From positions 1 through 64,000 of IMG/VR virus record IMGVR_UViG_3300032144_000003: 64,000 nucleotides of DNA; one strand, given 5' to 3'. This document shows, one piece after another, positions 27,488-36,587 of this stretch. Position 1 is the first letter of the stretch. Each line of letters begins with the position of its first letter. The notes under the pieces are model-generated. The model saw only the letters and a program-made list of their open reading frames with translations. It made no database searches and was not told the origin of the DNA. A program made the translations under genes and the position numbers. This DNA comes from a virus.

Positions 27488-28435
27488 GTGCGAAATCGCT
27501 GGTTCATGGGGCATCGCGTGAACATTCTTGCGTATTTCGAAGAACGGTATGTGCCGTCCCGGCTCAACTTGTCGGAGGCGGGTGCGCTGCAGATGCGGAT
27601 TGCAATCCGGCAGTTTTCGGACCTGACGACGACAGCGGCAATAGCGGACTTAACCGACACAACCATCGTTTTGTATTTGCGGGCACTGCTGAAAAAAGGG
27701 CTGTCGCCAGCGACAGTCAACACGCGGCGCGGATACCTGTTGGTGCTTTGGACGCATGCCTTCAAAGCGGGGGTCAATCCGCACGATCCAAGGCTGGCGG
27801 ACGTGCAACGAGCAGTCGAGCCGAAACGGCAACCGAAGGCGTGGTCGGTCGGCGACGTGCGGGTCATGCTGGAGCAGGCAGAGAAAACAAGGCGGCGCGG
27901 GTCGTGCGGCTGGTCTGCCAAAGAATGGCAGGCGTTGATTCTGCTGGTGTACTACACGGGGTTGAGGATTGGTGCGGTTCTGCATCTGAGGCGGGAGCAC
28001 TTGCGGGGACACTTGCTATTTGTGCCTGCGGAGATTCAGAAGGATCGCGAAGAAATGGTCTTCCGCCTGCCGGAGCACCTCTGCCGGATGCTGTTGAGTA
28101 TGCCGCGACCACTACTGGTCAGGCATGGGCGAAACATTGGAGAGTACCTGCTGCCGTGGCCGTGGGCGTTTCACGATCCACAGGGCAAGTTCACGTATCA
28201 CATTTTGCGGCCCGCTGGTCTGCCGATCAGTCGGCACCTGAAGTTTCACGCGATTCGGCGAACCGTGGCGACTCTGGTCGATCATCACTGCGGACGCGAC
28301 GCGGCAATGCGAATCATGGGGCATTCATCGCAGAAGGTGACGGAGCGTTACCTCGCGGATGCTCACACGGTAGACCCGTCATTGCCTGGGCGGCTGTGCC
28401 CGGTGGACGTGCTGCCAATCTTGGAAGTTGGCTGA
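27488..28435 (+). CDS. int: tyrosine recombinase / phage integrase
   Basis: Catalytic signatures YYTGLRIGAVLHLRREHL, HAIRRTVATLV and MGHSSQKVTERYL. GTG 27488 or ATG 27506. Confidence 0.9.
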   Translation: MRNRWFMGHRVNILAYFEERYVPSRLNLSEAGALQMRIAIRQFSDLTTTAAIADLTDTTIVLYLRALLKKGLSPATVNTRRGYLLVLWTHAFKAGVNPHDPRLADVQRAVEPKRQPKAWSVGDVRVMLEQAEKTRRRGSCGWSAKEWQALILLVYYTGLRIGAVLHLRREHLRGHLLFVPAEIQKDREEMVFRLPEHLCRMLLSMPRPLLVRHGRNIGEYLLPWPWAFHDPQGKFTYHILRPAGLPISRHLKFHAIRRTVATLVDHHCGRDAAMRIMGHSSQKVTERYLADAHTVDPSLPGRLCPVDVLPILEVG

Positions 28436-28553
28436 ATCTGCGCATACTCGCGGCGGTGTTCTGGCCCGCATGCCGCCGTGGGCAGGGGGAGTCGGTTGCT
28501 ATTCCTACCGGCACCGGCTCCCCCGTCTTTGAAATCATCAACGGAGTTGTGCC

Positions 28554-28910
28554 GTGCTGAGAGAAACCTTCGACCGTTTCACCGTCGTACAGGAAGTCGC
28601 CGGGATGACGATCACCGTGGACAACGCCAGTAAAACCGGCGATGTGATGCTCACTGGAGAGGTCGCAGCGTCGTTTTCATTCGGCGAGTGGGACGAACTG
28701 CGGACGACCATTGAGCGGCTGATTGCCGAAGCCAAGCCCCGTGTGGTGGCGTTCGATGCATGGTATCGCGAGGCCATCGATGCGTACGGCAAGTCTGACA
28801 ATCTGGAGCGTGGTCGGTTCGACTGGTTCTGGCTGTTCCAACAGGGCCGTTCGCCACATGAGGCAGCAGCGATTATACGCGGGGATCGTCTGATTCCCGT
28901 TGAGGACTGA
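28554..28910 (+). CDS. hypothetical protein
   Basis: GTG start, 118 aa. Confidence 0.3.
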   Translation: MLRETFDRFTVVQEVAGMTITVDNASKTGDVMLTGEVAASFSFGEWDELRTTIERLIAEAKPRVVAFDAWYREAIDAYGKSDNLERGRFDWFWLFQQGRSPHEAAAIIRGDRLIPVED

Positions 28911-29233
28911 GAACAAAGTGAGGGTGCCCCGGACGTGGCTGCTGGCACACGGGGCGTCATAGCAATGGTCCGGCCCGGATCAAGACAGCAGCAGGGCAAT
29001 ATGTCGCGACGGAAGCCCAGGGATGTTTTTGAGCGGACCTTTCTGGGGAGGCCGACTTGGCGTTCGAGACGCCACGCGACTCCTGACAGTGTGAGTGAGA
29101 GAGCCGGGGTCAGCCGCAACTTGCTGGTCGGAGGCCAGTGTGGATCGACGACGGAGCGGTACATGAAGGAGCGTATCGGGACGGATCGAACGCGGCTGGC
29201 CCCGGATTCTACTCCGCACAGAGACGATGAGAG

Positions 29234-29262
29234 TTGACACGATGAGAACGATTCGTTCTATT
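29234..29262 (+). promoter_or_regulatory. candidate early promoter
   Basis: TTGACA (29234-39), a 17-nt spacer, then TCTATT (29257-62). The -10 region CGTTCTATT matches the conserved box of the four repeated promoter-like elements. Confidence 0.45.
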
Positions 29263-29330
29263 GGCAACTGGATGAAAACAAACTGAGTGTACAGAACTCA
29301 GAATGGAAACGGGGGCAACCCCGCACAAAG

Positions 29331-29368
29331 CCCGTCTCAGGTGTCTGTACCACCTGGGGCGGGTTTTT
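29331..29368 (+). terminator. intrinsic terminator/attenuator in the early leader
   Basis: 13-bp stem (29331-43 / 2951-63, 2 G-U pairs) with a 7-nt loop, followed by TTTTT (29364-68). It lies 20 nt upstream of ATG 29388. Confidence 0.55.
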
Positions 29369-29387
29369 CGTGTTTACGGAGTGGGTG

Positions 29388-29873
29388 ATGAAGACCTCTA
29401 AGCAGACATGGTACTCGCTGCTTTTGAAAGACCCCCGCTGGCAGAAGAAGCGATTGGACATTCTGTCCCGCGATGATTGGGCATGCCGCGAGTGTGGCAA
29501 TCGCGAAAAGACACTGAATGTGCATCACTGTTACTACATCTATGGGAAGAAGCCGTGGGAGTATTCGGACGATTCACTCATAACTCTTTGCGAGCCGTGT
29601 CACGAAGTGGCTCCACCTGCCCCACTGGTTCCAAGAGAAATCCCCGATTACATCAACGCAGCAACCGCCGAATTGAAAGTGATTCGTCCAGCACTTATGG
29701 AGTTGTATCAGGCGGCTCTTGGAAACCGTCCAGGGATGGATCGAAAGCAATTGGCGAACCTCATGGAAAGTGTGTGGTGTTACAGTGATGCAACTATTGA
29801 CGCCAGAGACGTGTTCTTAAGGCGATTTCTGCCAGTATTTGCGAGTCAAGACGAAAACTTCATGCATTGTTAA
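29388..29873 (+). CDS. HNH-like zinc-finger nuclease family protein
   Basis: DPRWQKKRLDILSRDDWACRECGNREKTLNVHHCYY...LITLCEPCHE. ATG is preceded by GGAG. Confidence 0.5.
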   Translation: MKTSKQTWYSLLLKDPRWQKKRLDILSRDDWACRECGNREKTLNVHHCYYIYGKKPWEYSDDSLITLCEPCHEVAPPAPLVPREIPDYINAATAELKVIRPALMELYQAALGNRPGMDRKQLANLMESVWCYSDATIDARDVFLRRFLPVFASQDENFMHC

Positions 29874-29968
29874 GTCAACTAAAAAAGGAGCAATAACGGC
29901 GATTGTGTTCGCCCCGCATCCCTGGCTCGGAAGTCAGAAGGGTGTGTGGTGTTCGGGACTGATAACTC

Positions 29969-30769
29969 ATGGTGGAGCGGATGAAAGTCATTGTGATTGT
30001 CGGTTGGGATGAACTCTTCGAAACCGGTGAATCTCGGAAGATCAAAGGTCCGTTGAAGTACGTTTGCATCCCTACAAAACATGACGGGAAGACCTACCGG
30101 AAGCTCTTGCGCCGCGCGGACGCGGACCGGGTATATGGAGCTTGGGTCATCCTTCTGAGCATCGCGGCAAAGTGCCCCCGGAGGGGCGTGCTGGCTGATG
30201 ATTCAGGTCCGCTCTCTGTGGAAGACTTGTCTCTCAAGACAGACTTTCCACAAGAGACGCTATCGCTGGCGATCGACACGCTGTCATCCCCGGAAATTGG
30301 GTGGCTTGCGCAGGTTGACTACAGCGAAAACGTCACTCGCGGAGGCCCCCGGATATCCCCGGATATCCCCGGAGATATGCCTGATAACGGAGAGGAGCGG
30401 AAAGGAGACGGAAGGAGATTGAATAAATCTCCGTCCGTCTCTCCGGAATCCGTCGCCCAGCCCTTTGGGGGCGGCGACGGTCCGTTGTCCGGTTCCGTTG
30501 TTCCGGGGTCCGCGGGAGCAGCCAAGGCCAGTGTCTTTGACCGGCTGACTGTCGAAGTCCTGCGAAACCGCGACAAGTTGCGGCGTTGGTTTGCGTGGCA
30601 ACAGGCGGCCCCGAATGTGCCGGTGTTCGGCAAGGAAGATTGGAATCACTGCGAGGCGCTGGCTGAGCAGGCCCTGGGAAAAGACAAGCCCGCGAATTGG
30701 TTTGCCAGTCGCGCTGGCCGGAAGCAGTCGAAGCGAACGGAAGTCCGGAATGGCCAAAAGCACGGATGA
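29969..30769 (+). CDS. putative replication initiator / helicase-loading protein
   Basis: It lies immediately upstream of and overlapping dnaB, and contains internal iterons and an inverted repeat. Function is inferred from position. Confidence 0.4.
   Translation: MVERMKVIVIVGWDELFETGESRKIKGPLKYVCIPTKHDGKTYRKLLRRADADRVYGAWVILLSIAAKCPRRGVLADDSGPLSVEDLSLKTDFPQETLSLAIDTLSSPEIGWLAQVDYSENVTRGGPRISPDIPGDMPDNGEERKGDGRRLNKSPSVSPESVAQPFGGGDGPLSGSVVPGSAGAAKASVFDRLTVEVLRNRDKLRRWFAWQQAAPNVPVFGKEDWNHCEALAEQALGKDKPANWFASRAGRKQSKRTEVRNGQKHG
30347..30380 (+). repeat. tandem iterons CCCCGGATAT x2 + CCCCGGAGATAT
   Basis: Direct tandem repeat inside the initiator-like gene. Confidence 0.7.
30404..30442 (+). 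repeat. 16-bp inverted repeat GGAGACGGAAGGAGAT-N7-ATCTCCGTCCGTCTCC
   Basis: 15 of 16 positions are complementary. It lies 24 nt downstream of the iterons. Confidence 0.7.
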
Positions 30770-32057
30770 GTTACACCTCCCCCCCCAAGACCTCGAAGCC
30801 GAGCGGAGCGTCTTGGGATCGATGCTGTTTCACCCGCCGTGCATCGACGAGGTGATTCAGAAAATCAAACCGGGGGACTTCTACGCGGAGTCGAACCGGC
30901 TGCTGTTCAGCGCGTTCGTGGAGATGCACAACGCGGGCCGGGCGCTGGACGTGGTGACGGCGGCGAATCTGCTTCAAACGAAGGGTCAGCTTGTCCAGGC
31001 TGGTGGCGTCGCGTACCTGAATCAGGTGATGGAATCCGTGCCGCACGCGGCGCACGCGGAATACTACGCGGGCATTGTTGCAGAAGCGGCGTTCCGTAGG
31101 CGGCTGGGGGAGACGGCGGAGCAACTCATCCGGCTGTCGCGAGACAAGTCGAAGGACTTTGAGTCGGTGCTGCAACAGTCGATGCAGTCGCTGACTGATC
31201 TGGCGGAAACACGGACGCGGGGCGACGCCACGGATATCACGTCGGTCCTGATGGGGGTGATGCAGGAGATTGAGTCCGGGACAGTGCAGGGCCGGAACGT
31301 CGGGCTGTGTGACGTGGATGAAATCACAGGCGGGATACGCGGCGGGGAGGTGATCATCATTGCTGCCCGACCGTCAGTGGGGAAGTCGGCATTGGCGACG
31401 ACGTTGGCGTATATCGGCGGGCAGGCGTTCCGACCGTCACTGCTGTTCAGCTTTGAGATGTCGCCGCTCCAGATCGGCGAACGGTTACTGGCGATGGAAA
31501 GTGGCATCTCGACTCACAACTTGCGGAGCGGGGATTTGACGCATGAGCAGCACGACAAATTGAACCGGGCGTCCAACCAGTTGTCGTCACTGCCGATCTA
31601 CATCAAGTGTGACCCGACGATGACGATGATCGACGTTCAGGGAGCGACGCGGACCTATCACCGCAAACACTCAATCGAGATGGTCGTGATCGACTATCTG
31701 CAACTCATTAGCCCGGCGGACAGGCGGATACCGCGTGAACAGCAGGTGTCAGAAATCAGCCGGGCGTGCAAGTGTCTGGCGCTATCACTCAATATCCCGA
31801 TTCTGTTGTTGTCACAACTGAACCGGCAGGCGGACGGGCGTGATCCTAAGTTGTCGGATTTGCGTGAGAGTGGATCGATCGAACAAGACGCCGACCAAGT
31901 CTGGTTGCTGCACCGCGAAGAAGACGGGCCAGTCGGCGAGATCGATCTCATCGTGGCGAAGAACCGTTCCGGCAAGCGGGGCCGCGCCAAACTCCAGTTC
32001 AACGAGCAGACCACCCAGTTCCGGAATCATGCCGCCGCCCATTTCGACAATTTTTGA
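30750..32057 (+). CDS. dnaB: replicative DNA helicase DnaB
   Basis: N-terminal PPQDLEAERSVLGSMLF. Walker A AARPSVGKSALA, plus SFEMS, VIDYLQL, SQLNRQ and LRESGSIEQDAD. Confidence 0.9.
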   Translation: MAKSTDELHLPPQDLEAERSVLGSMLFHPPCIDEVIQKIKPGDFYAESNRLLFSAFVEMHNAGRALDVVTAANLLQTKGQLVQAGGVAYLNQVMESVPHAAHAEYYAGIVAEAAFRRRLGETAEQLIRLSRDKSKDFESVLQQSMQSLTDLAETRTRGDATDITSVLMGVMQEIESGTVQGRNVGLCDVDEITGGIRGGEVIIIAARPSVGKSALATTLAYIGGQAFRPSLLFSFEMSPLQIGERLLAMESGISTHNLRSGDLTHEQHDKLNRASNQLSSLPIYIKCDPTMTMIDVQGATRTYHRKHSIEMVVIDYLQLISPADRRIPREQQVSEISRACKCLALSLNIPILLLSQLNRQADGRDPKLSDLRESGSIEQDADQVWLLHREEDGPVGEIDLIVAKNRSGKRGRAKLQFNEQTTQFRNHAAAHFDNF

Positions 32058-32096
32058 AAACTCCGTGATCCAACCAAGGCAACGCAGCGTTCTACT
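32052..32096 (+). promoter_or_regulatory. conserved promoter-like element, copy D (TGATCC-N16-CGTTCTACT)
   Basis: TTTTGAAAACTCCG TGATCC(32066-71) N16 CGTTCTACT(32088-96), 27 nt upstream of ATG 32123. Confidence 0.5.
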
Positions 32097-32122
32097 GGTG
32101 TCACGAACCGGGAGTCTGTTGC

Positions 32123-32374
32123 ATGCTGAAGGTAATGGAGTTGTCCAAACGCATCCGATCCGCCGTCGCCTGGGACCAGGAATTCCCCATCGGCACGCCG
32201 GTGTACTACATCGACCCCAAGAATCTCGTCTGGCAGACCCGCACGACCAGCGCCAGCTTCCTGGGGGCGAACCTGGAGCCGGAGGTCTTCATTGAGGGCC
32301 AGAGCGTTTCCATCCCGTGTGCAGTGCTGCGGAAGGTGGAGGACTTCACCCCGAGTGGACGTCTGGGTCGATGA
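32123..32374 (+). CDS. hypothetical protein
   Basis: 83-aa ORF. Confidence 0.35.
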   Translation: MLKVMELSKRIRSAVAWDQEFPIGTPVYYIDPKNLVWQTRTTSASFLGANLEPEVFIEGQSVSIPCAVLRKVEDFTPSGRLGR

Positions 32375-32407
32375 TGACCCGTGGGCAATTACTGGAGGGA
32401 AGAAACC

Positions 32408-32689
32408 ATGAGCACACGACGAGCATACCCGCTGGAAAACGTGACCGTCCAAGAAAAGATTCGTCTGCTGCAAACAGTCGAGGGGCTGAAGCATCTCGGT
32501 TTCTACGCCATCAAGCACGAGAGCAAAGACGCTCGCGTATGCGGTCGAGAGGCGACGTTGCCGTGCATGTCAGAGTCTGAGGCAAATGAACTGGCCACGA
32601 AACTGAACAAGGCCATTGAAGTCGTCTTGGCGGAGCACGCCGATCACCTGTTGGCGAAAGCCGCGAACTCAATGAGGAACTGGTTATGA
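32408..32689 (+). CDS. hypothetical protein
   Basis: ATG follows GGAGGG. 93 aa. Confidence 0.35.
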   Translation: MSTRRAYPLENVTVQEKIRLLQTVEGLKHLGFYAIKHESKDARVCGREATLPCMSESEANELATKLNKAIEVVLAEHADHLLAKAANSMRNWL

Positions 32690-32919
32690 GCAACGAGAGC
32701 ATGGAAGTCTTTCGCGAGGACTTACAGAACGCACTGAATCGTTTATTGGCGGCACGTGGGGTGGGGCCGGTACTTGTTTGTGGCGACGCGAGAATGACGA
32801 TTCAGGGCCACTTGGCGACTTTCAATCTTTTTAGCACCTACGAAGACGATGTAATCACGAAGTGGGACAGGGAGACTCTTAATGTGACAATCGCCTTTTC
32901 TACACACCCGGCAGAGTAG
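32686..32919 (+). CDS. hypothetical protein
   Basis: 77 aa, ATGA-coupled. Confidence 0.35.
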   Translation: MSNESMEVFREDLQNALNRLLAARGVGPVLVCGDARMTIQGHLATFNLFSTYEDDVITKWDRETLNVTIAFSTHPAE

Positions 32920-32944
32920 CCGCGAACTCAATGAGGAGCTGGTT

Positions 32945-33217
32945 ATGAGCAACGAAGACAAAAAACGCCTGTGTTCCGGATGCCGGGACGACTACTACAA
33001 CCAACCCGGAAACAGTCCAAACGGTGAATGTTGGGCGCTGGCCACGGCGAAAATCGTGGAGCGTACATCGGTAGGGTATTTCCAGAATCCGCCTTATGAG
33101 TGGATCCCGCAGAAGACGCTGTCGTGCCATTCACCGCCAGGGAAAACATGGATTGCTGCGGACGACTGCCGACTGACAAAGAATGGTGCAATCGACTATT
33201 GGAAGGAAACGCAATGA
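32945..33217 (+). CDS. hypothetical Cys-containing protein
   Basis: 90 aa. Its start lies inside the duplicated 37-nt junction. Confidence 0.35.
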   Translation: MSNEDKKRLCSGCRDDYYNQPGNSPNGECWALATAKIVERTSVGYFQNPPYEWIPQKTLSCHSPPGKTWIAADDCRLTKNGAIDYWKETQ

Positions 33218-33387
33218 CCACCAGCAACGAACATCCCGACATGAGCGGCAACCCCTGCGATGAGCCGGTTGAATGCGCCCACTGTTGCAAGATGATTCGC
33301 GACGGAGATGAGTACAGCGACGTGGACGAAGTTCTTTGTTACGACTGTGCGAAAGACGCAGGTTGGTTTGATGAGGATGACGAATAA
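33214..33387 (+). CDS. small zinc-ribbon-like acidic protein
   Basis: ATGA-coupled. CAHCC...CYDC. Confidence 0.35.
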   Translation: MTTSNEHPDMSGNPCDEPVECAHCCKMIRDGDEYSDVDEVLCYDCAKDAGWFDEDDE

Positions 33388-33426
33388 CGTCAAAGACAGT
33401 GATCCATTGTGGTGAAAGGAACTGAC

Positions 33427-33699
33427 ATGAGGGGAGTTACCGTAAAAGACATTCTATGCACGATATTTAGTCTTCGAACTATCGAAGCGATGACGACTAT
33501 CGACGTTGAAATATGTCCATCCGGTCCACAGAACTGGCGTCAGAAACCCGTCAAGGCAAAGCAAACATGGTTGACTATCTTGGGAATTTCGTTCCTCTTG
33601 CGTGAAGTTCCAGAATACACAGGAGAAACACATCCGGATTCGTGGCAGTCGCAATTCGCGGCGGGCAAATGCCCGGATTGGTGGTTTTACGACGCTTAG
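33427..33699 (+). CDS. hypothetical protein
   Basis: ATG follows the conserved TTGTGGTGAAAGGAA box. Confidence 0.3.
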   Translation: MRGVTVKDILCTIFSLRTIEAMTTIDVEICPSGPQNWRQKPVKAKQTWLTILGISFLLREVPEYTGETHPDSWQSQFAAGKCPDWWFYDA

Positions 33700-33730
33700 A
33701 CACTGACCCGTTGTGGTGAAAGGAAACGTG

Positions 33731-33958
33731 ATGTTACTTAGCCAAGAACACAAACAGATATTCATCGACTACCTGTCCCGACAGGCGGAGTCCTGCCGGT
33801 TGATGATTCAGCAGTTGGAAAAGCTGAATCATCCGGCAGTAGTCGAAAACGAGAAGCGGAAGTGTGCAGCGTTTCTGATAGTCCTGAAATACTTGACGGA
33901 CGCGGAGACGATGACGATTGGAAGCAGCAGCGAACCTGAACCAGAAAGGAAAGAATGA
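33731..33958 (+). CDS. hypothetical protein
   Basis: ATG follows the second TTGTGGTGAAAGGAA box. Confidence 0.3.
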   Translation: MLLSQEHKQIFIDYLSRQAESCRLMIQQLEKLNHPAVVENEKRKCAAFLIVLKYLTDAETMTIGSSSEPEPERKE

Positions 33959-34179
33959 TGAACGAGCAAGCGACGACGGTGAACGAAGAACGCATGTTGA
34001 AGTGGTTCGAGTACGCCCACTTACCGGAGAAGTTGCAGAACATTTCCCGGCCATTCGGCGAACTCGCCAAGGCACTGTGCGACGTGATTGAACGCGGCCC
34101 GGAGCGGACGGTGTTTCTGCGGAAGCTCCTAGAGGCGAAAGACGCTGCTGTGCGGGCGGCATTGAACCCAGGCGGCTGA
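33955..34179 (+). CDS. hypothetical protein
   Basis: 74 aa, ATGA-coupled. Confidence 0.35.
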   Translation: MMNEQATTVNEERMLKWFEYAHLPEKLQNISRPFGELAKALCDVIERGPERTVFLRKLLEAKDAAVRAALNPGG

Positions 34180-34278
34180 GCAAATCCCGTTGAACACGAA
34201 TGGGCTGGGCAACCAGCGGTAAAAGGCAGCCGGAGTGAACCATTCGCACGCCCGGTATTTTCAACCAAGGAAAGAACT

Positions 34279-34509
34279 ATGCATTACAAGAACGGACGAG
34301 AAGCGAAGAACGGCGACAAGGTTGTGCTGGTCGAGGGCTACGGTGCTCCGATGACTGGCATTCTGTACGACGCGACGCCCGGCAACGATTACTGCAACGG
34401 CAAGTTGGCGGCGATCAAGCCGAACGATCCGACGCCGAATCTGAAAGAATGCCTGCACTGGGATGATGTGAAAGAGGCGTTGACGCCCCCGACAAAAGAG
34501 GATGCATGA
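34279..34509 (+). CDS. hypothetical protein
   Basis: 76 aa, with AAGGAAAG upstream. Confidence 0.35.
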   Translation: MHYKNGREAKNGDKVVLVEGYGAPMTGILYDATPGNDYCNGKLAAIKPNDPTPNLKECLHWDDVKEALTPPTKEDA

Positions 34510-34721
34510 GTCCAGTGTTGTTTTCCGGCGTCAGTGAACTGTTGAAATCACGAAAACCGGAGGTGTCGTTCCCCAGTGAACGGAGCGGGTGGCCGGTAGC
34601 TCTCAATCGCGGCCCAGTCATGTCGGACATAAAGCGACCGAGACACATGCGAAGTTGTGTGGCTTGCGGGAAAGAAGGTTCCCGACAAAGTGGATCGGCT
34701 CCAATTGGAATGCGTTGCTAA
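34506..34721 (+). CDS. possible small protein
   Basis: ATGA-coupled 71-aa ORF with weak composition. Confidence 0.2.
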   Translation: MSPVLFSGVSELLKSRKPEVSFPSERSGWPVALNRGPVMSDIKRPRHMRSCVACGKEGSRQSGSAPIGMRC

Positions 34722-34776
34722 AAGTCCACCAGCCGGGATGACCCAAGCTAGGCCCGGTAATTTCAAGGAACAAACA

Positions 34777-35109
34777 ATGAACAACATCGCGGACACGATA
34801 AAACAACTCGAAGACCGGGAGGCGGCCTACGCGGAGTTGCTCGGCGAAATCATTGCCACGTTCAGCATCGAACGAAACCGAGAGATGATTTCCAAGTGGG
34901 AGCATGGCCACTTATTACTTGGGCATGCTGATCGATGGACCGACCGCTACGAAAGAATCAAAGGTCCGCAGTGCACGGATACTTCCGCGAACTGGTGTCC
35001 GATTCACGGCGACTGTTGCTGCAAGAATCCAGAAGAGGCTAAGGCTGACGACGAATGTCCGTTGCATTCTCCATTGAGCCAGCACGGACAGGGAGGGGAT
35101 GGAACATGA
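34777..35109 (+). CDS. hypothetical Cys-rich protein
   Basis: ATG follows AAGGA. 110 aa. Confidence 0.35.
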   Translation: MNNIADTIKQLEDREAAYAELLGEIIATFSIERNREMISKWEHGHLLLGHADRWTDRYERIKGPQCTDTSANWCPIHGDCCCKNPEEAKADDECPLHSPLSQHGQGGDGT

Positions 35110-35636
35110 AACACGGCACCTACATACGCGGTTGGCAATACGACTGGGACGAGGGCAGGAAGGACTACGACCGCCTGATGGCCGCTGGTCGCGATATCGC
35201 CGCGTCGTTCTGTGCCGATCCGGGCGTGACAATGTGTCCCGTCTGCGGCGAGCATCACTGGAATGAATTCGAAGTCTATCTCTGCTCACGCTGCGGAGCG
35301 GAAGTGGACACGAAGAATAAGACGGCGAGCGAGCCTGTGAAGCCAGAGAAAGTCAGGCCCAAACTGTTTGATGGCATGCGAGTGCGGTTCGTCTCGCACG
35401 ACATGACTGGCATCGACGGCAAGCCGAAGAAAAGGCCGGGTATATGGTTTGCTGGAAAGATTGCTCTTGGCACATTGGGAACGATTCGCAAACACGACGA
35501 CCCAGAGAACAGGCTCACCGGCTGGCGAATCGACTTCGACGGCATCACGCCGAAACCGGGCTACATCTTCGGCGTGTTTGGCCCGTTCCTGGATGACGAT
35601 TTTGAAGTGATCAACACCCCAACAGGAGCCCTATGA
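35106..35636 (+). CDS. zinc-ribbon-containing hypothetical protein
   Basis: ATGA-coupled. CPVCGEHHW...CSRCG. Confidence 0.4.
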   Translation: MKHGTYIRGWQYDWDEGRKDYDRLMAAGRDIAASFCADPGVTMCPVCGEHHWNEFEVYLCSRCGAEVDTKNKTASEPVKPEKVRPKLFDGMRVRFVSHDMTGIDGKPKKRPGIWFAGKIALGTLGTIRKHDDPENRLTGWRIDFDGITPKPGYIFGVFGPFLDDDFEVINTPTGAL

Positions 35637-36127
35637 AGATTTATCTCGCAGCCCGTTACTCACGTCGCATGGAACTCTGCGGATACCGAGAGCAGTTACA
35701 GGCGCTGGGCCACACTGTCACCAGCCGCTGGTTGAACGGTAATCATCAGATCGACACGAGTGGCAAGCCCATCGGCGAGACGGGAGAGGCACTAGTTGAA
35801 GGTGATGACGGTTCGCAGGACGCACGGGCGACGCAACTGCGAGAGTCGTTTGCACGGGAAGACATGAACGACGTGGCCGCCGCAGACCTGTTGATCGCTT
35901 TCACGGAACCGCCCCGCTCCAACGCCAGTCGGGGCGGGCGTCACGTCGAACTGGGGATCGCCCTTGGCATGGGAAAGGATGTGACCGTCATCGGCCATCG
36001 TGAGAACATTTTCTGCTGGTTGCCGGAGGTGGTGTTTTACGACACGTTCGAGGACATGTTGGCGACATGGGCCGTCATGGGGGCGGCATCAGACGCGATT
36101 GCTGCCAGTTTGGAAAGTGATGACTAA
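35633..36127 (+). CDS. nucleoside 2-deoxyribosyltransferase-like protein
   Basis: MKIYLAARYSRR... and GGRHVELGIALGMGKDVTVIG, typical of the Nuc_deoxyrib_tr/DUF4406 fold. Confidence 0.45.
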   Translation: MKIYLAARYSRRMELCGYREQLQALGHTVTSRWLNGNHQIDTSGKPIGETGEALVEGDDGSQDARATQLRESFAREDMNDVAAADLLIAFTEPPRSNASRGGRHVELGIALGMGKDVTVIGHRENIFCWLPEVVFYDTFEDMLATWAVMGAASDAIAASLESDD

Positions 36128-36332
36128 ACCCCAGACCATCCTGATTGGCGAGGCCCGCGACTGTGAAGGCTGTCGGCATCTCCGCGTCTCGACCCGCCGC
36201 GAGTACCTGCCCCAAGTCACGGACTACTGGTGCGTCGCCAATGGTCAGGAGTGGCTGGGGTTCCTGCCGGTGTTCAGTGAGACGTGTCAGGGTGAGCAGT
36301 ATGAACCCACCCCGCCAACGGAGCCTGTTTGA
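36120..36332 (+). CDS. hypothetical protein
   Basis: 70-aa ORF overlapping the upstream stop. Confidence 0.3.
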   Translation: MTKPQTILIGEARDCEGCRHLRVSTRREYLPQVTDYWCVANGQEWLGFLPVFSETCQGEQYEPTPPTEPV

Positions 36333-36335
36333 ACG

Positions 36336-36587
36336 ATGACCAAGCAACAACAGCAGCCAGATAACGACCCATTCCTGAAAATCCGCCTCGATGGTCGCGT
36401 ACTCCGCATTAGGAGAAGCGCATACGTGGCGGCGAGGAGGCGGACTCTCTTAGAGAGCTACCCCGATCTGACAGAAGCGGAGATTGAGCATCAACTTGAT
36501 CGGCTACTGTCCGGAAAACAGTGGACAGATGTGGTCGGTGCGGTTATCGAGGGTGATTTAGTCTTAGACGACAAGGACCGTCAATGA
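36336..36587 (+). CDS. hypothetical protein
   Basis: 83-aa ORF. Confidence 0.35.
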   Translation: MTKQQQQPDNDPFLKIRLDGRVLRIRRSAYVAARRRTLLESYPDLTEAEIEHQLDRLLSGKQWTDVVGAVIEGDLVLDDKDRQ

